Assembly: GCF_006345805.1 (NCBI RefSeq)
Contig: NC_043026.1
Location: 6,696,001-6,760,000 of the forward strand
Direction of reading: 5' to 3'
Length of the DNA stretch: 64,000 bases
Source: Octopus sinensis
Lineage: Eukaryota
The notes beneath the pieces are model-generated. The model was given only the letters and a program-made list of their open reading frames with translations, did not search any database and had not been told where the DNA came from. The position numbers and the translations under genes are program-made. Below, in pieces: positions 36,039 to 48,759 of this stretch. Within the stretch, counting starts at the first letter, position 1. Each line of letters starts with the position of its first letter.

Positions 36039-36869
36039 ATTATTGAATTGATACAAGGTGGTTTTTTTCTAATATATATATATATCTACACGACGGGCCT
36101 CTTTCAGTTTCCGTCTACCAAATCCACTCACAAAGCTGAGCCAACCAATGCCTCGTTGGTTCCGACAAAGATTGACTGCAGTCTCTTGTTGAACCAACAA
36201 TAGTCATAAAGTGTTGGAGGGGAACACGACACACATGGCTGCTTTCTGTTTCATCATCATCTAAAGTAGAAGACACTTCACAAAGGTGCCACTCAGTGGG
36301 AATGAACCTGGAACCATGTGGTTGGTAAGCACGCTACTTACCACACAGCCACTCCTACGCCTGGAATTTAATGATTATTGTAGGTGTGGTTTTGTATTTC
36401 ACCTGGTGTGCTTATAATTCTGCCAGCTTGCCACCCTATTAAAATACAGTCCAAAGAAGCCCCTATCTACCATTAAGGGTAGTGGGTGTCCTTCGGTACC
36501 ATTCCAATCTGGGTGTGACTTTGCTTCTCTTTCCAGTCTCAGAGGTCCACGAAGAAAAGAGTTGTCTTCAATTGCTGTGACCTGCCCCTCCCCCCCACAC
36601 ACACACTTCAAAGGAAATCATAAACAAAAACAATAAAAATAAATACATATATAATTAATAATTTCTTTATTTACTATTCAAGTGTTTTGTCAGCTTCTGT
36701 CATCGTCATCATTATTATTGTTCAAGATTCATTTCGTTTTGTAGTATTTTCTTCCCCCACCCCTTGCCGTCATTTGCACCTCTTCATCTCAAAAGGGTCT
36801 TTTTGGGGGGGTGGATTGCCTTAAATGAATCAAATTCCAAACAAACAAACAACAATAATAATGATAATA

Positions 36870-37340
36870 ATAATCATGATTCCAAATTTTGGCACAAAGC
36901 CAGCATTATGAGGGGGCGGTGGGAAGTTTGCAAAGTTGATTAAATTGACCCCTGTTCTTATTTCATCAACCCCGAAGGGATGAGAGACCACCTCAGTGGG
37001 ATTTGAACTCTGAATGTAAAGAGGGGCAAAATACTGCCAAGCATTTTTTTTGTCTGGCTTGCTAACGACACTAACAACTCTGCCAGCTTGCTGCCTTAAA
37101 ATAACGATAATAACCCCTTCTACAACAGGTCCAAGCGGCCTGGAATTTGTGGGGAGTAGGGATAGTCGGCCAGCCACATCGATCCCCAGTACTTGATTGG
37201 TACTTAATTTATTGACCCCCTGAAAGGATGAAAGGCAAAGTCGACCTCAGCAGAATTTGAACTCCAAATGTAACAATTGGAACAGAATTGCCGCTAAGCA
37301 TTTCACCCGGCGTACTAACGATTCGGCCAGTTTGCCGCCT
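36870..37340 (-). mobile_element. Two SINE family B copies
   Basis: Reverse-complement B core and head at ~36870-37100 and ~37115-37340. Confidence 0.75.
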
Positions 37341-38217
37341 TAATTATAATAATAATAATAATGATATAACAACAACAATTACTTTTCCTAGTTAAAAAAA
37401 CAACAACAACAACAAAAACAGTTTGTACGGTCATTTATCAACATAGTTTGCTGGTTGTGTATATAAGATGTACCAGGGTGTAGAATGAAGCAACAATAGT
37501 TTCGATGAAGGGTATATCTGTATGTATACATATATAGACGTGTATGTGTGTGTGTATATATATATACATATATATAATTATATATATAGTTATATATATA
37601 TATATATATTGAAATGTGTATATTTACACACAGACGTTTGTGTGTGTGTGTTTGGATCAATAGGGAAGAATCAGAAAGGTGGGAGAGAAACGGTATATAT
37701 TTTTTTCAACTATACGTACCTTTATTTTACCAATAATTAATATCGTTAATCATCATTATTATCATCGTTATAACAAATGAGCTGAACATAAAGACAACAA
37801 ATCCTTCGTATTCATTTTAAACAGTTTTTAAGATAAATTGATGCATCACATGAGCTGGAAAGTGTATATACATGTGTGTGTGTGTGTATGTATAGCTATA
37901 TATGTATATACAGCTATAGATATACATATATATACACAGCTATATATATGTGTATATATATATACACATTCACACACAACTATATATACTTATATATATG
38001 TATATAACACCTCTATATGTGTGTGTGTATATATATACATATATACCAATATATATACACACATTCACACAACTATATATACTTATATGTATATAACACC
38101 ACTCTATGTGTGTGTATGTACATATACACCCTTTACTACCACACATGTGTGCATATATATATATGTATATGTGTATGTATAGTTAGATACATACAGACAT
38201 ATATAAATATCTATAAA

Positions 38218-38277
<60 letters not shown>

Positions 38278-40133
38278 CCATACACACACATACATTTGCT
38301 TTTTTTTTCACAGACGATGATGGTGATGATAACAGAGTTAGCCATTGTCATCATCACCATCATCATCATCAGTTGTCATCACAACACCTCCTCACTTGGT
38401 GCACACACATGCAAATTATACACACACACACACATTGCTGGCTGCACGTAACATGCAAACAGCTGTGTATGGTCAACGTTGTCCAAAAACATCCTTTGAC
38501 TCTCTCTCTTTCTCTCCTTTTGGCAGCAGTGTAAAGAAGAGCGGTGGGGTGGCTGGAGTGGGATGTGGGGGAGGAACAAAGGGCCGTGACCCATGAAGAG
38601 AGGGGTGGAGATGGGGCTGTCAGGAAATTTTGTGTGTGATGTGGGGCGAGCAGGAGGGCTTTTCTATTTTCTTTCCCTCTTCTGTCTCTGCCCTCTCCTC
38701 CAACATGGAGGCAGTTCTGGGGGAAGTGGAGGGTGGGGGCAGCGCAATGGTCTCCTTTTATTTCAAAAGAATTTTCAGCTTTTTCCTTTGTTTTTCTTAT
38801 TTCCTGGTGACAATTTTTTTATATCTTGATGTATATGTATCAGACACAAATTTTCACATATATCTGTGTGTGTATGCATACACACAAGTATGTATGCATG
38901 CGTGTGTCCACACATGCATATATATATATATATATATAGATAGATTTGCTGATACAAACAGGAAAATGGACCTTAAAGCGCAGGTGTGTATATATTTATT
39001 TGTCGGAGGCTAAAAAGTGACTCAGGTGCTGAGAGTTTTGTGTAGTGGCACTTACCAAAGTGCCAATAATAGGTGCCAATGCACGAAACTTTCAACTCCT
39101 GAGCCACCTTGCAACATCTGTCAGTTATTTGTATATATATATATATATACATAGAGGTGTGTGTGTGTGTATATATATATATACCTGTATTAATCAAGGC
39201 CTTGGGAGAAATCTCAACAATATTCAAGCCTTTAGCATGAAACTAATGGTAGCCTCGTTAACCCATAATTACAGAATATTTATCCACCAATGCAGTGTTA
39301 AGCACTCATTCTTGTTTGGTATTAATGGTGTGTATATATATATATATATATATACATTCACACAAGTACTCTATAGTTACCGTAATACCATTTGATATCA
39401 ATATGCATATATATATATGTATGATATAATATATATATATATAATATATATATTAATATGCATATTGATAGCAAATGGTATTACGATAAATAAAGAGTAC
39501 TTGTGTGTATGTATATATACATATATATACACACACACACACACACATACATCTATATACATACATACATACAGATTGATGGAAAGGGTTTGATAATGAA
39601 ATAAACTTATAAAAATTTATTTTAAAAATTAAAAAGAGGAAAATATAAAATAAATTCAAGAAAACATAAAAAAAGGGGTGGAAAAAAAACGACCCCCAAC
39701 AGAAAGAAATAAGTAAGAAGGGGAATAATATTTAGGACCATCATGGAGTTGGAAATTTTAGCAGCAGCGTTTATTTAATGTGTTGTGTGCACGCGTGTGT
39801 GTGTATGTAAGTATATATATACACAAACATATATATATATATATATATACATACGTATACACACAATAGACACATATCTAATAATAATAATAATATTTAT
39901 ATACACAGATATATCTCACACACATATAATAGATGTATGTGTGAAAAGGAGTTTAAAATAGAGAGCGAAGGGGTGGGGAGAGCAAAGGGCGAGAGGGGGG
40001 TGGGGGAGAGCAAAGGGCCAGAGGGGGGTGGGGAGAAAGTGAAAGGGAGCAAAGGGATTGAGTGGGAAGAAAACGAAGTGTTTTTTTCTTTTTTTTTTCT
40101 TTGAAGTTCGTTAAGTGTTTTTTTTTGATTAGT

Positions 40134-40268
40134 TTAAAATGAAGAGGAGGAGTCGTAATCCTCTGGAGGTTTGTCCTTGTAGCGAGCTTTCCGAATCTCA
40201 GCCAAGCGTTTCCGAGCTGAGTCAAGCTCTTTCTCTTTTCGCAGAATTTCTTCCTGCGCCATAATTTC
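40134..40268 (-). CDS. TLN: Talin terminal coding exon (135 nt incl. TAA); dimerisation helix
   Basis: Acceptor tgtttttctctttcag|GAA; encodes EIMAQEEILRKEKELDSARKRLAEIRKARYKDKPPEDYDSSSSF then TAA at 40136-40134. Confidence 0.95.
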   Translation of the reverse strand, partial: EIMAQEEILRKEKELDSARKRLAEIRKARYKDKPPEDYDSSSSF

Positions 40269-43262
40269 CTGAAAGAGAAAAACAAAGATTAAATAAATTA
40301 ATTAAAAAATTTAAAAAAAAAAAATTTTTTTTTTTTTTACTTGTTTCAGTCATTTGACTCTGGCCAATCAAATCGACCCCCAGGACTTATTCTTTGTAAG
40401 CCTAGTACTTATTTTATCAGTGTCTTTTGCCAAACTACTAAGTTACGGGGATGTAAACACAGACACACAAACATATATATTAATATGTATGATGGGCTTC
40501 TTTCAGTTTCCATCTACCAAATCCACTCACAAGGTCTGAAGCTATAGTAGAAAACACTTGCCCAAGGTGCCATACAGTGGGACTGAACCTGGAACCAAAT
40601 AGTTGGGAAGCAAGCTTCTTACCACACAGCCACTAGCCTCTCCGCTTCTCCTCCCCACCACTGCTTGAAAACTGGTGTTGGTATATTTACATCCCTGTAA
40701 CTTAGCAGTTCAACAAAAGAGACCCAACCATGTTGTTGGTAAGCAAGCTTCTTATTTCTTTACTGCCCACAAAGTGAGCCAAATTAAAACCTTCCATTAA
40801 AATGTTCCAAATAACCATTTTAATAACGACCAAGTTAATTTACTAAATTTTCAAAATTAATTAAAACAGATTTCAATAGAAATAATGTAACGTAACATAA
40901 AAGTGTTAATCTTCGGTAAGTATGGTGGTAACTCCAGACTGGTTCCAGTCTTATGAAACCTCTTCAGTGAAGCAGGTTCTTCTCTGTTATTTAATAGACC
41001 TTGCTATGATGTAATCGCTACACAAAGAACAAGAAATTTACCTAGGGTTGCCATCTGCCTAAAACACAACTATTTAAGTGAGCGCTGTTGATAAAAACAG
41101 AAAAACATGGGCCCTCACCTGTGCAATACCTCCAACCATTCGTTTATTTATGGTCAACTCATCTTCATCAGCTTCGAAGCTCTGTGACTGCTGTGCTGCT
41201 TGGACTAATGCATCTGACGCCTTCTTCACTGCATTTCCTGCCGCCTGTCAATGCACAATAACAAACACATGCACTTAGTATGCACCAATCTCAACTTCCC
41301 ACCAGCAATCAAAGTCTGCAAAATCGCCCCTCCCTTTCACCACCACCACCACCACCATCATCATTAAACCGACTCCAGCCTCTGCTTGTCCATACATCTG
41401 CACTCCAGCTCGCGTTCACTGTCCAGTCTCACTCAATACTTGGAAATACATGTAATTACTCATTTTGCCCCACTTCCCTATCACCCATCCACTCTCACTC
41501 AACTAATTCACTCACTCATCCACTCAGCTCATTCGTTCACTCATTCACCGAATGCCTTGTCTCCTTGTCTTGAGACAGCATTCACCCGGGGTGGGTTGAG
41601 CTGGTTTCATTCATCCTCAATGCTGCATCTCTCACAAACGCCGACCAGACCTGGCGATTTGAGGCAAACGACCACATGATCTCCAACCACTCCTTATTAT
41701 TCACCGAATGCCATAACCACCATAAACCCCCTCATCTCTTCCACCTCAACTCCCTTAAAAAACATCACAAACACAGCCATGTTTTGCTTCACCGATTCAG
41801 CCACAGTAAAACAAAATTAAAAAAATAACAAATAAAAAATTAGTGGAAAGATCGTCCCACGAACCTGCAATCTGTGCATTGAGATTGAACCGACGTCAGC
41901 CTTCACTTTGCATGCCACCAAGAGGGCAGCGGTCGAACCAGCAACTTCCTTCGCTGATGCAATTAATTTTTCTTCACTTGCCTGACCCTGCACCATTGCA
42001 TTAGCAGCCTCACACAGGCTTTGTGTTGCAGCTGCCACGCGGCGAGCCTGAAAAGGAGAAGGGAGTGAAACATCATCACCATGGTCCATTTAATGTCCAG
42101 AATAAAATATATATATATACATACACACACACATGTATGCAGCAATTTACGGTTGATAACCAATGAATTTTTTACAATGTGTGTGTGTATGTGTACTCTT
42201 ATTCCTCTCTCTCCTCATCTGTCATTAAGAGCAAACGCTCAAAATGTTAAGAACTTCTTTGAATTTTCCTGACCATGAGCCTAATAAACCCTGTTTGTTC
42301 TTTAACGTCATTCTTATGCCTTTTTTAAAAATTTATTTTCATACCATATATATATATATCTTTATATATAAAGCTGAAGTTGTCTGTGTGTGTATGGCAG
42401 GTTTGGTATAGCCTTCAATTAACACTATCTCCTGCGGCGCAAGTTGACCAAAATTGAGAGTATGATAGAAGAAGGCTTGCTCTTCCTTCCGTAGAAGAAA
42501 AAATTCAAATCAGACCATGTTAACGCCAAAAATTACTTACATCAAAAAGGTGCTTTTTTCTATGAAAATCCCTATTTTTTACAATTATTTGAATGCTGTG
42601 TCACCATTTTCCAGTGTATTTCAACCAGAAAAATGTTCACTTCAAAAGAATAACAAGCTACATAATGCAAAATTTTTACTTTTCAAAAATTCCAATTCTA
42701 AAGGGTCGAAACAAACCCGAGCAACGCCGGGCGATAGTATATACATACATACACAGTAATACCTCACCATATCGCAGTTCATCTATCATGATGTTTATTA
42801 TTTAAGCCTACATCGATTCCTCTGGGGTGTTGTTTGGCATTCATAATAAAATAAATATAAACAAATTATAAGAAATAAAAATATATACAGTACTGTTTCT
42901 ACTTTGCAGGTTTTCACCTATCGCAGGGTGTTTATCTTAATTTCTATTTTTCTGAAGGAGTATACGAGCGTTCAAACAGTACAGGTGAATTAAGTGATAG
43001 TACATGAGGGTAAAAAAAGTGAGTACTTACTGCAGAAATTAAGCCCTGAGACCACTGGCCATCTTCGTCCAGGGTAGACTTTGAGTATGAAGCGGACACC
43101 TGGGGAGGAAGAAGGAAAGACACAACATTAGTTTATAAGCAAATAGGTTTCATTATAACTGTGGTCATACAACATGCTAGAAATAACCAAAAGGAATCCA
43201 CATCAAATCAGAGAGCATCAATATTAAAAAATGGTTTAGTGTATATAAACAAATTATTTAGG

Positions 43263-43297
<35 letters not shown>

Positions 43298-46185
43298 CAA
43301 ACTCCAGAGTATACTGACAATATTTAGTGTAGTGTTTATATATATAGGTGCAGGCATGGCTGAGTGGTAAGAAGTTTGTTTCCCAACCACATCATCCCAG
43401 GTTCAGTCCCACTGCATGGCACCTTGGGCAAATGTCTTCTACTGTAGCCTTGGGCTGACCAAAGTCTTGCACGTGGATTTGGTAGATGGAAACTGAAAGA
43501 AGCCTCTCATATATATATATATAGGTTTGTGTGAGTGTGTGCTTTCATACATTTGTTGCTCCACCTCACTACTTAAAAGCTGATGTCGGTTGCTTTAGGC
43601 CCTTGTAACTTAGCAGTTTGGCAAAAAAGATCAATAAAATGAGTGTACCAAGCTTTAAAAAAATAAATACTATGTAGGATGGAATATTTCCTAGAACAGA
43701 AGACAAAAGCTGGTCCTTGAGAAGCAGTTTTTGTTACAGCAGGGCTCTGCATTCTTCAGGTGAGACCCTTAGTAACTTATAACCTTCCTAGCTATGAATA
43801 TACCTGCAGATTGGACATAATCTCAGAGGATTAGAGAAGTTAACAAAAGTGTGCATGTAGCATATATTATATTCCTAGCTATGAATATGGCTTAGATTGG
43901 ACTTAATCTAAGAGAATTTATTTTGATTATTTCTAATTATTTTAATTCGGTCAATGAATGCTTGTAGGTTTCTGTTACCTTTCCTTGGAGTATTAGTTCC
44001 TTCTGTGCAGCTGACGCTGACTTTACGAGGGCAGCTGTTGCAGTTGCAATCGATTTCGCTGCTTCCAGAATCTGTTCTTCGAATCCCAGGCTCTCGTCAG
44101 CTGTCTGGAAGTAGAAATAGGGTTAGAAGATGGACGGAAGGGGATAGCGGACAGAAGGAAAGAGAAAATAGAGATAGAAATTGTAGACAGAATGTAACAA
44201 ATGAGTAGAAATGACAATTGGAGACAAAAGGGGACAGACATAAGAAGACAGGTGGAAGGAGACAAATGAGAGACAGACAGAAGGAAGGAGAAAGTAGTAG
44301 AAGCAAAAAAAAAAAAAGGAGCACTCCGTCGGTTACGACGATGAGGGTCCTAGCTGATATGATCAACGGAACAGCTTGCTTGTGAAATTAACATGCAAGT
44401 GGCTGAGCACTCCACAGACATGTGTACCCTTAATGTAGCTAGCAAGGAGATTCAGCGTGATACAGAGTGTGACATGGCTGGCCCTTTTGAAATACAGGTA
44501 CTAATCATTTTTGCCAGCTGAGTGGATTGGAGCAATGTGAAATAAAGTTTCTTGCTCAAGGAGACAACGTGTTGCCGGGAATTGAACTCAGAACCTTACG
44601 ATCATGAGCTGAATGCCCCTAACCACTAAGCCACTAGAAGCAGATAGAAGACAAATGAAGGGAAATGACAAAAGTGGACAGATACAAGGGGACAGAAGGA
44701 AAGAGAGAATAGATAGAAATATTTGACAGACGAGAGACGGTAATAGTAGACAGAAGGTAACAAATGAAGAGAGATGACAAAAGGAGAGAGACACAAGAAG
44801 AGAGAAAGGGGCAGGGGACATGATGACGATATAAAACATAAGATGGAAGAAATCGAGAGAAAAGATAAAAGGAGAGGATGAGAAGAAATACGAGAGATTT
44901 AAAAAAAACAAAGACTCAATGAAAATGAAAAAAATACCAGAATAATACAAACAATCTTGGAGATGAGAATAAATTTTGTGTAGATTGGGAGACAGCAATT
45001 GTGGCAGGGGGAGGAGAGATTTTGCTTCCATCTTTGCACTGCAAGGGTTGCTTAGCAACTGCATCAGGTGAGACACAGGTTGGTCGGTTAGGAAGAGATT
45101 GAATTCAGACAACCAGTTGGTACCAAAGTGTATAGAATTATATCAAGGGATGTATGTATGTTAGGAGGGAGGGATGGATGTCCAGGAGATGTGCTTTGTT
45201 CTCTTGGGTTGTACCTCTGGACACTGTGTCCGTTCTTGGTGTGTGTCTGGGAGTTGTTCCGAGTCCTAGTGTCTATGTTGGGGAGCTGTGTCATAAGGTG
45301 TAGGTCAAGGAACTGTAATGTGTGTGGCTCATTCACATAACTTTGTAAGGAGCCTAGGGCTGGTTTCATGGTTTCTCTGGCAATATATTTTGTGACTGCT
45401 AAATCAATTAAGTGTGTGTCAGAGACCTATGCCATGTTATTGTAGTGTATGCTTATGAGCAGTGCTGCATCAAGGATTGTACGTGGGTTAACTGTGTAGT
45501 GTTATGAAAGGCATAAGTCCAGGAGTTGTGTCACGTCTCGGGAACCATGTCTGAAGCAGTGCTGTGCTGAAGGTTGTACGTAGGTCCAGTGCGGGAATGT
45601 GTGTTTGCTGCAGTGGCCTACCGCGACACGGACATGATTGATACTTGGTGGACTTAGGATATTGAACCACCAAAAAATATCAAACATATCTGGTCAAGGC
45701 ATCCATCATCACCACCATCATCATCGCCATCAACATCATTGTTGTCCTAAAAAAAGATTTTTTAAAAAATTCGCTGTCATTAAGAGCAAACGCTCAAAAT
45801 GTTAAGAACTTCTTTGAGTTTTCCTGGACCATGAGCCTAATAAATCCTGTTTTCTTTAATGTCATTCTGGGAAGCCTCAACACCCATGGACCCAGGAACA
45901 GGGCAGCTTGAAGTTTTCTTCACAAAGAACAAAAATATAAAAAAAAATAAAACAAGACCTTGTTTGTAAACATTTTTGGACCTGGGTTTACACCCGCTAA
46001 GCAAATTTTGTTCCCGGGCCAATGGCAATAAAGTACAAAGTACAAAGGAAAGCAACTTACTTTCGCAGCTTGACGGGGCTGCAGCTGGGCAAGTTTTTTG
46101 GCAGCAGCTTCAATTGAGCTTGCTGCACCACGGAGTTCATTTTCTGCAATAACTGTCGGGTCACCGTAATCAACCCAATTAGGCC
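40134..46185 (-). CDS. TLN: Talin, 3' part of gene: join of six coding exons (5'-partial); rod end + I/LWEQ (THATCH) domain + dimerisation helix
   Basis: Manual splicing gives (G)PNWVDYGDPTVIAENELRGAASSIEAAAKKLAQLQPRQAAK|TADESLGFEEQILEAAKSIATATAALVKSASAAQKELILQGK|VSASYSKSTLDEDGQWSQGLISA|ARRVAAATQSLCEAANAMVQGQASEEKLIASAKEVAGSTAALLVACKVKADVGSISMHRLQ|AAGNAVKKASDALVQAAQQSQSFEADEDELTINKRMVGGIAQ|EIMAQEEILRKEKELDSARKRLAEIRKARYKDKPPEDYDSSSSF*. This is collinear with the talin C-terminus as I recall it (DPTVIAENEL, FEEQILEAAK, DDGQWSQGLISAAR, LLVACKVKAD, MVGGIAQ). All introns are GT-AG and the frame is preserved. Confidence 0.97.
40338..40780 (-). mobile_element. SINE family A in last talin intron
   Basis: Matches other copies. 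Confidence 0.75.
41119..41244 (-). CDS. TLN: Talin coding exon (126 nt)
   Basis: Acceptor gtgcattgacag|GCG; donor GCA CAG|gtgagg; encodes AAGNAVKKASDALVQAAQQ...KRMVGGIAQ. Confidence 0.95.
41865..42047 (-). CDS. TLN: Talin coding exon (183 nt)
   Basis: Acceptor ttctccttttcag|GCT; donor TTG CAG|gttcgt; matches ORF-track 41817..42089 core ARRVAAATQSLCEAANAMVQG...SMHRLQ. Confidence 0.96.
42359..42737 (+). mobile_element. Second Helitron-like element with different body, in a talin intron
   Basis: A|TCTTTATATATAAAG start; ends CCCGAGCAACGCCGGG-CGA-TAG|T, the same hairpin as 433-947. Confidence 0.55.
43031..43099 (-). CDS. TLN: Talin coding exon (69 nt)
   Basis: Acceptor ttccttcttcctccccag|GTG; donor TCT GCA|gtaagt; encodes VSASYSKSTLDEDGQWSQGLISA. 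Confidence 0.93.
43347..43665 (+). mobile_element. SINE family A in a talin intron
   Basis: Head and body present; tail truncated. Confidence 0.75.
43979..44104 (-). CDS. TLN: Talin coding exon (126 nt)
   Basis: Acceptor ttctacttccag|ACA; donor GGA AAG|gtaaca; encodes TADESLGFEEQILEAAKSIATATAALVKSASAAQKELILQGK. Confidence 0.95.
46061..46185 (-). CDS. TLN: Talin coding exon (125 nt; phase 1 start, phase 0 end)
   Basis: Acceptor aacag|GG CCT AAT TGG; donor GCG AAA|gtaagt; encodes PNWVDYGDPTVIAENELRGAASSIEAAAKKLAQLQPRQAAK. Confidence 0.95.
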
Positions 46186-46725
46186 CTGTTAATTTCGGTA
46201 ATGAATTAAAAAGAAGAAAAAAAAAAAAAAGAAACGAAAATTATTTACAAAAAAAAAAAATCACAAAAACAATGGCTGCAAAAACCATAAAAAAAAATGA
46301 TTAAAATGACTTAATTATTATTATTATTAATCATGATAATTATATACTGTCTTTCGCAGCTATTTGATGAATTTAAAAATAGATTTTAACAACAACAACA
46401 ACATCAAAGAAAAATATAAAATAGTTTAGCATCATTCATGCAAAAAAAAAAAAAAAAAGCAATACTATAAAAAGTGAAGAGTTTATTGTCATTAATTAGT
46501 AATTAGTTGAATATATTATTATTTTTATTATTACTGTATTTCCCAGCATTGCAGACACTATGCGAGGTTTCCCCTAAAATGTCTTGAAAATTTAATTATG
46601 AGAATTATTATTACTTTTAAAAAATAATGCTTTCTTTTGCCTTTATTTCAATGAATTTAAGAATAAAAGAAAATGGTTAAATATACTTAAATAAAGTGAT
46701 TATTATTCATTAACTATTATTATTG

Positions 46726-47080
46726 TGGAGGCGCAAATGGCCCAGTGGTTAGGACTGCAGACTCGCAATTGTAGGATTGTGGTTTCAATTCCCAGACCAG
46801 GCATTGTGTTTATTGAGCGAAAACACCGAAAGCTCCACGGGGCTCCAGCAGGGGGTGGTGGCGAACCCTGCTGTACTCTTCCACCACAACTTTCTCTCAA
46901 TCTTTCTTCCTGTTTCTGTTGTACCTGTATTTCAAAGGGCCATCCTTGTCACACTGAATCTCCCCAAGAACTACACTAAAAGTATGTGTCCTTGGAATAC
47001 TCAGCCACTTGCACGTTAGTTTCATAAGCAGGCTGTTCTATTGATTAGATCAACTGGAACCCTTGTAACTGATGGAGTGC
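46726..47080 (+). mobile_element. SINE family D, near full length
   Basis: Box A TGGCCCAGTGG, box B GGTTTCAATTCCC. Confidence 0.8.
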
Positions 47081-47516
47081 CACAAATTATTATTATTACT
47101 GAGTGAAAGAGCAGCACATGCCAAGTGACACTGAGGTCACTTGGCCCAATATATCAATATATCTATTGTGACTGTCTGATAAGGGTACACCAGGGGTACA
47201 TCACAACCATATGTGCATGATAGTCTCACATCAAGATAAACAGTGCATGAGCTTGTAAGTGGGGCCCAGTTAGAACTTTTAAGTTGAATAGCCACAAACA
47301 CAAAAGCAGACTGCTGTGAGCCACAGGACCTGCATTGCTAATCCCCTAATTTTACTCTGGATATTAACAATTAACACAATTGTAATAAATTCAGGGCAAA
47401 TAGTTACGTTTCTAGATAAGGAAAAAAAAAGTTATTTCTAAAATTCACAATTAATTGAAAAGATACAAATTCAAATTAAATTAAATTAAATCCAATGTGT
47501 CACTGTATTGTCAGGA

Positions 47517-48142
47517 TCAGTGCTTCTTCATCCCTTTTTTTTTTTTTACCTATGGACCCCTTTCATTCTGGTTTTATTCCACTGGACCCTTATACCAATT
47601 TAATGTTTCAAAAAATCCTAGTGTATCCTTATAATTAAATTGTGTCAGGAATTGTATTAAGAAAAATTTTTTTAAATATTTTGAGGACTGTAGAAGTACA
47701 ACCTATTTATTCTTTTAATTGTTTCAGTCGTTTGACTGCGGCCATGCTGGAGCACTGCCTCTAGTCAAATAAATCGACCTTAGGACTTATTCTATTCATC
47801 TCTTTTGCCAAATCGCTAAGTTGCGGGGATGTAAACACACCAGCATCAGTTATCAAGCGATGGCTGGGAGACAAACACAGACACACAAATATATATATAT
47901 ATGATGGGCTTCTTTCGGTTTCTACAAACCAAATCCACTCACAAGGCTTTGGTCGGCCTGAGGTTATAGTAGAAGACACTTACCCAAGGTGCCACGCAGT
48001 GGGACTGAACCCAGAACCATATGGTTGGGAAGCAAGCTTTTTACCACATAGCCACTCCTGTGCCTTATTGGAGATAAAATTTAACAACAAAATCTTATAT
48101 GGACCCCTGAGGGCCAGATGGTCCCTGGTTGAGAGTCACAGC
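47517..48142. mobile_element. hAT-like MITE with nested SINE A (47705-48063, minus)
   Basis: Degenerate CAGTG..CAACC / GGTTGAGA..CTG-type ends; related to 52600-52810 and 57772-58558. Confidence 0.45.
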
Positions 48143-48759
48143 ATTATCAGGTTCTATAATGGTTCAAAATAGTAAATTCTGGGGATGGAAACTGCCCAGT
48201 GATTTTCAAATTATGGGGGAAGGGATTAAGTTGTTTACATTGACCCTAGTATGTAACTGGTACTTAATTTATCAACCCCAAAAGGATGAAAGGCAAGTCG
48301 ACCTTGGTGGAATTTGAACTCAGATCATAAAGACAGACAAAATACTGCTAAGCACTTTGCCTGGCATGCTAACGGTTCTGCCAGCTTACTGCCTCTGGTC
48401 TTGAAGATTATTGCAAGTGAAATGGGTAGACGAAGAACAACAGGGCAGGAATGCTTTGTATATTAAAGGAAAAAAGTATGAGAAGGTAAACAATGGCAAG
48501 AAACAAAATATAATTAAATGGAAGGAAATTCAATTATAAGTTTTAAAATGTAAAAAGAAACAATTGTTAAAGAATTATCTCTTGTACTTGGAAATACATG
48601 AAATATATGCAAATGTGAAATATATACAAGAATCTAATCTACGTACAATCATCATGAAATATATGCACAAATATGGAACATAGTAAGTTAACTGCAACAA
48701 ATTAAATTTTTAAAAAAATTACGTCATCTGTATTAATGTTTGTGTGTAATGTATTGGGG

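Noticed and set aside
40134-46185. HIP1/HIP1R (Sla2) rather than talin
   Set aside because: Both have I/LWEQ domains, but WVDxxDPTVIAENEL, DGQWSQGLISAAR and MVGGIAQ are talin-type motifs as I recall them.
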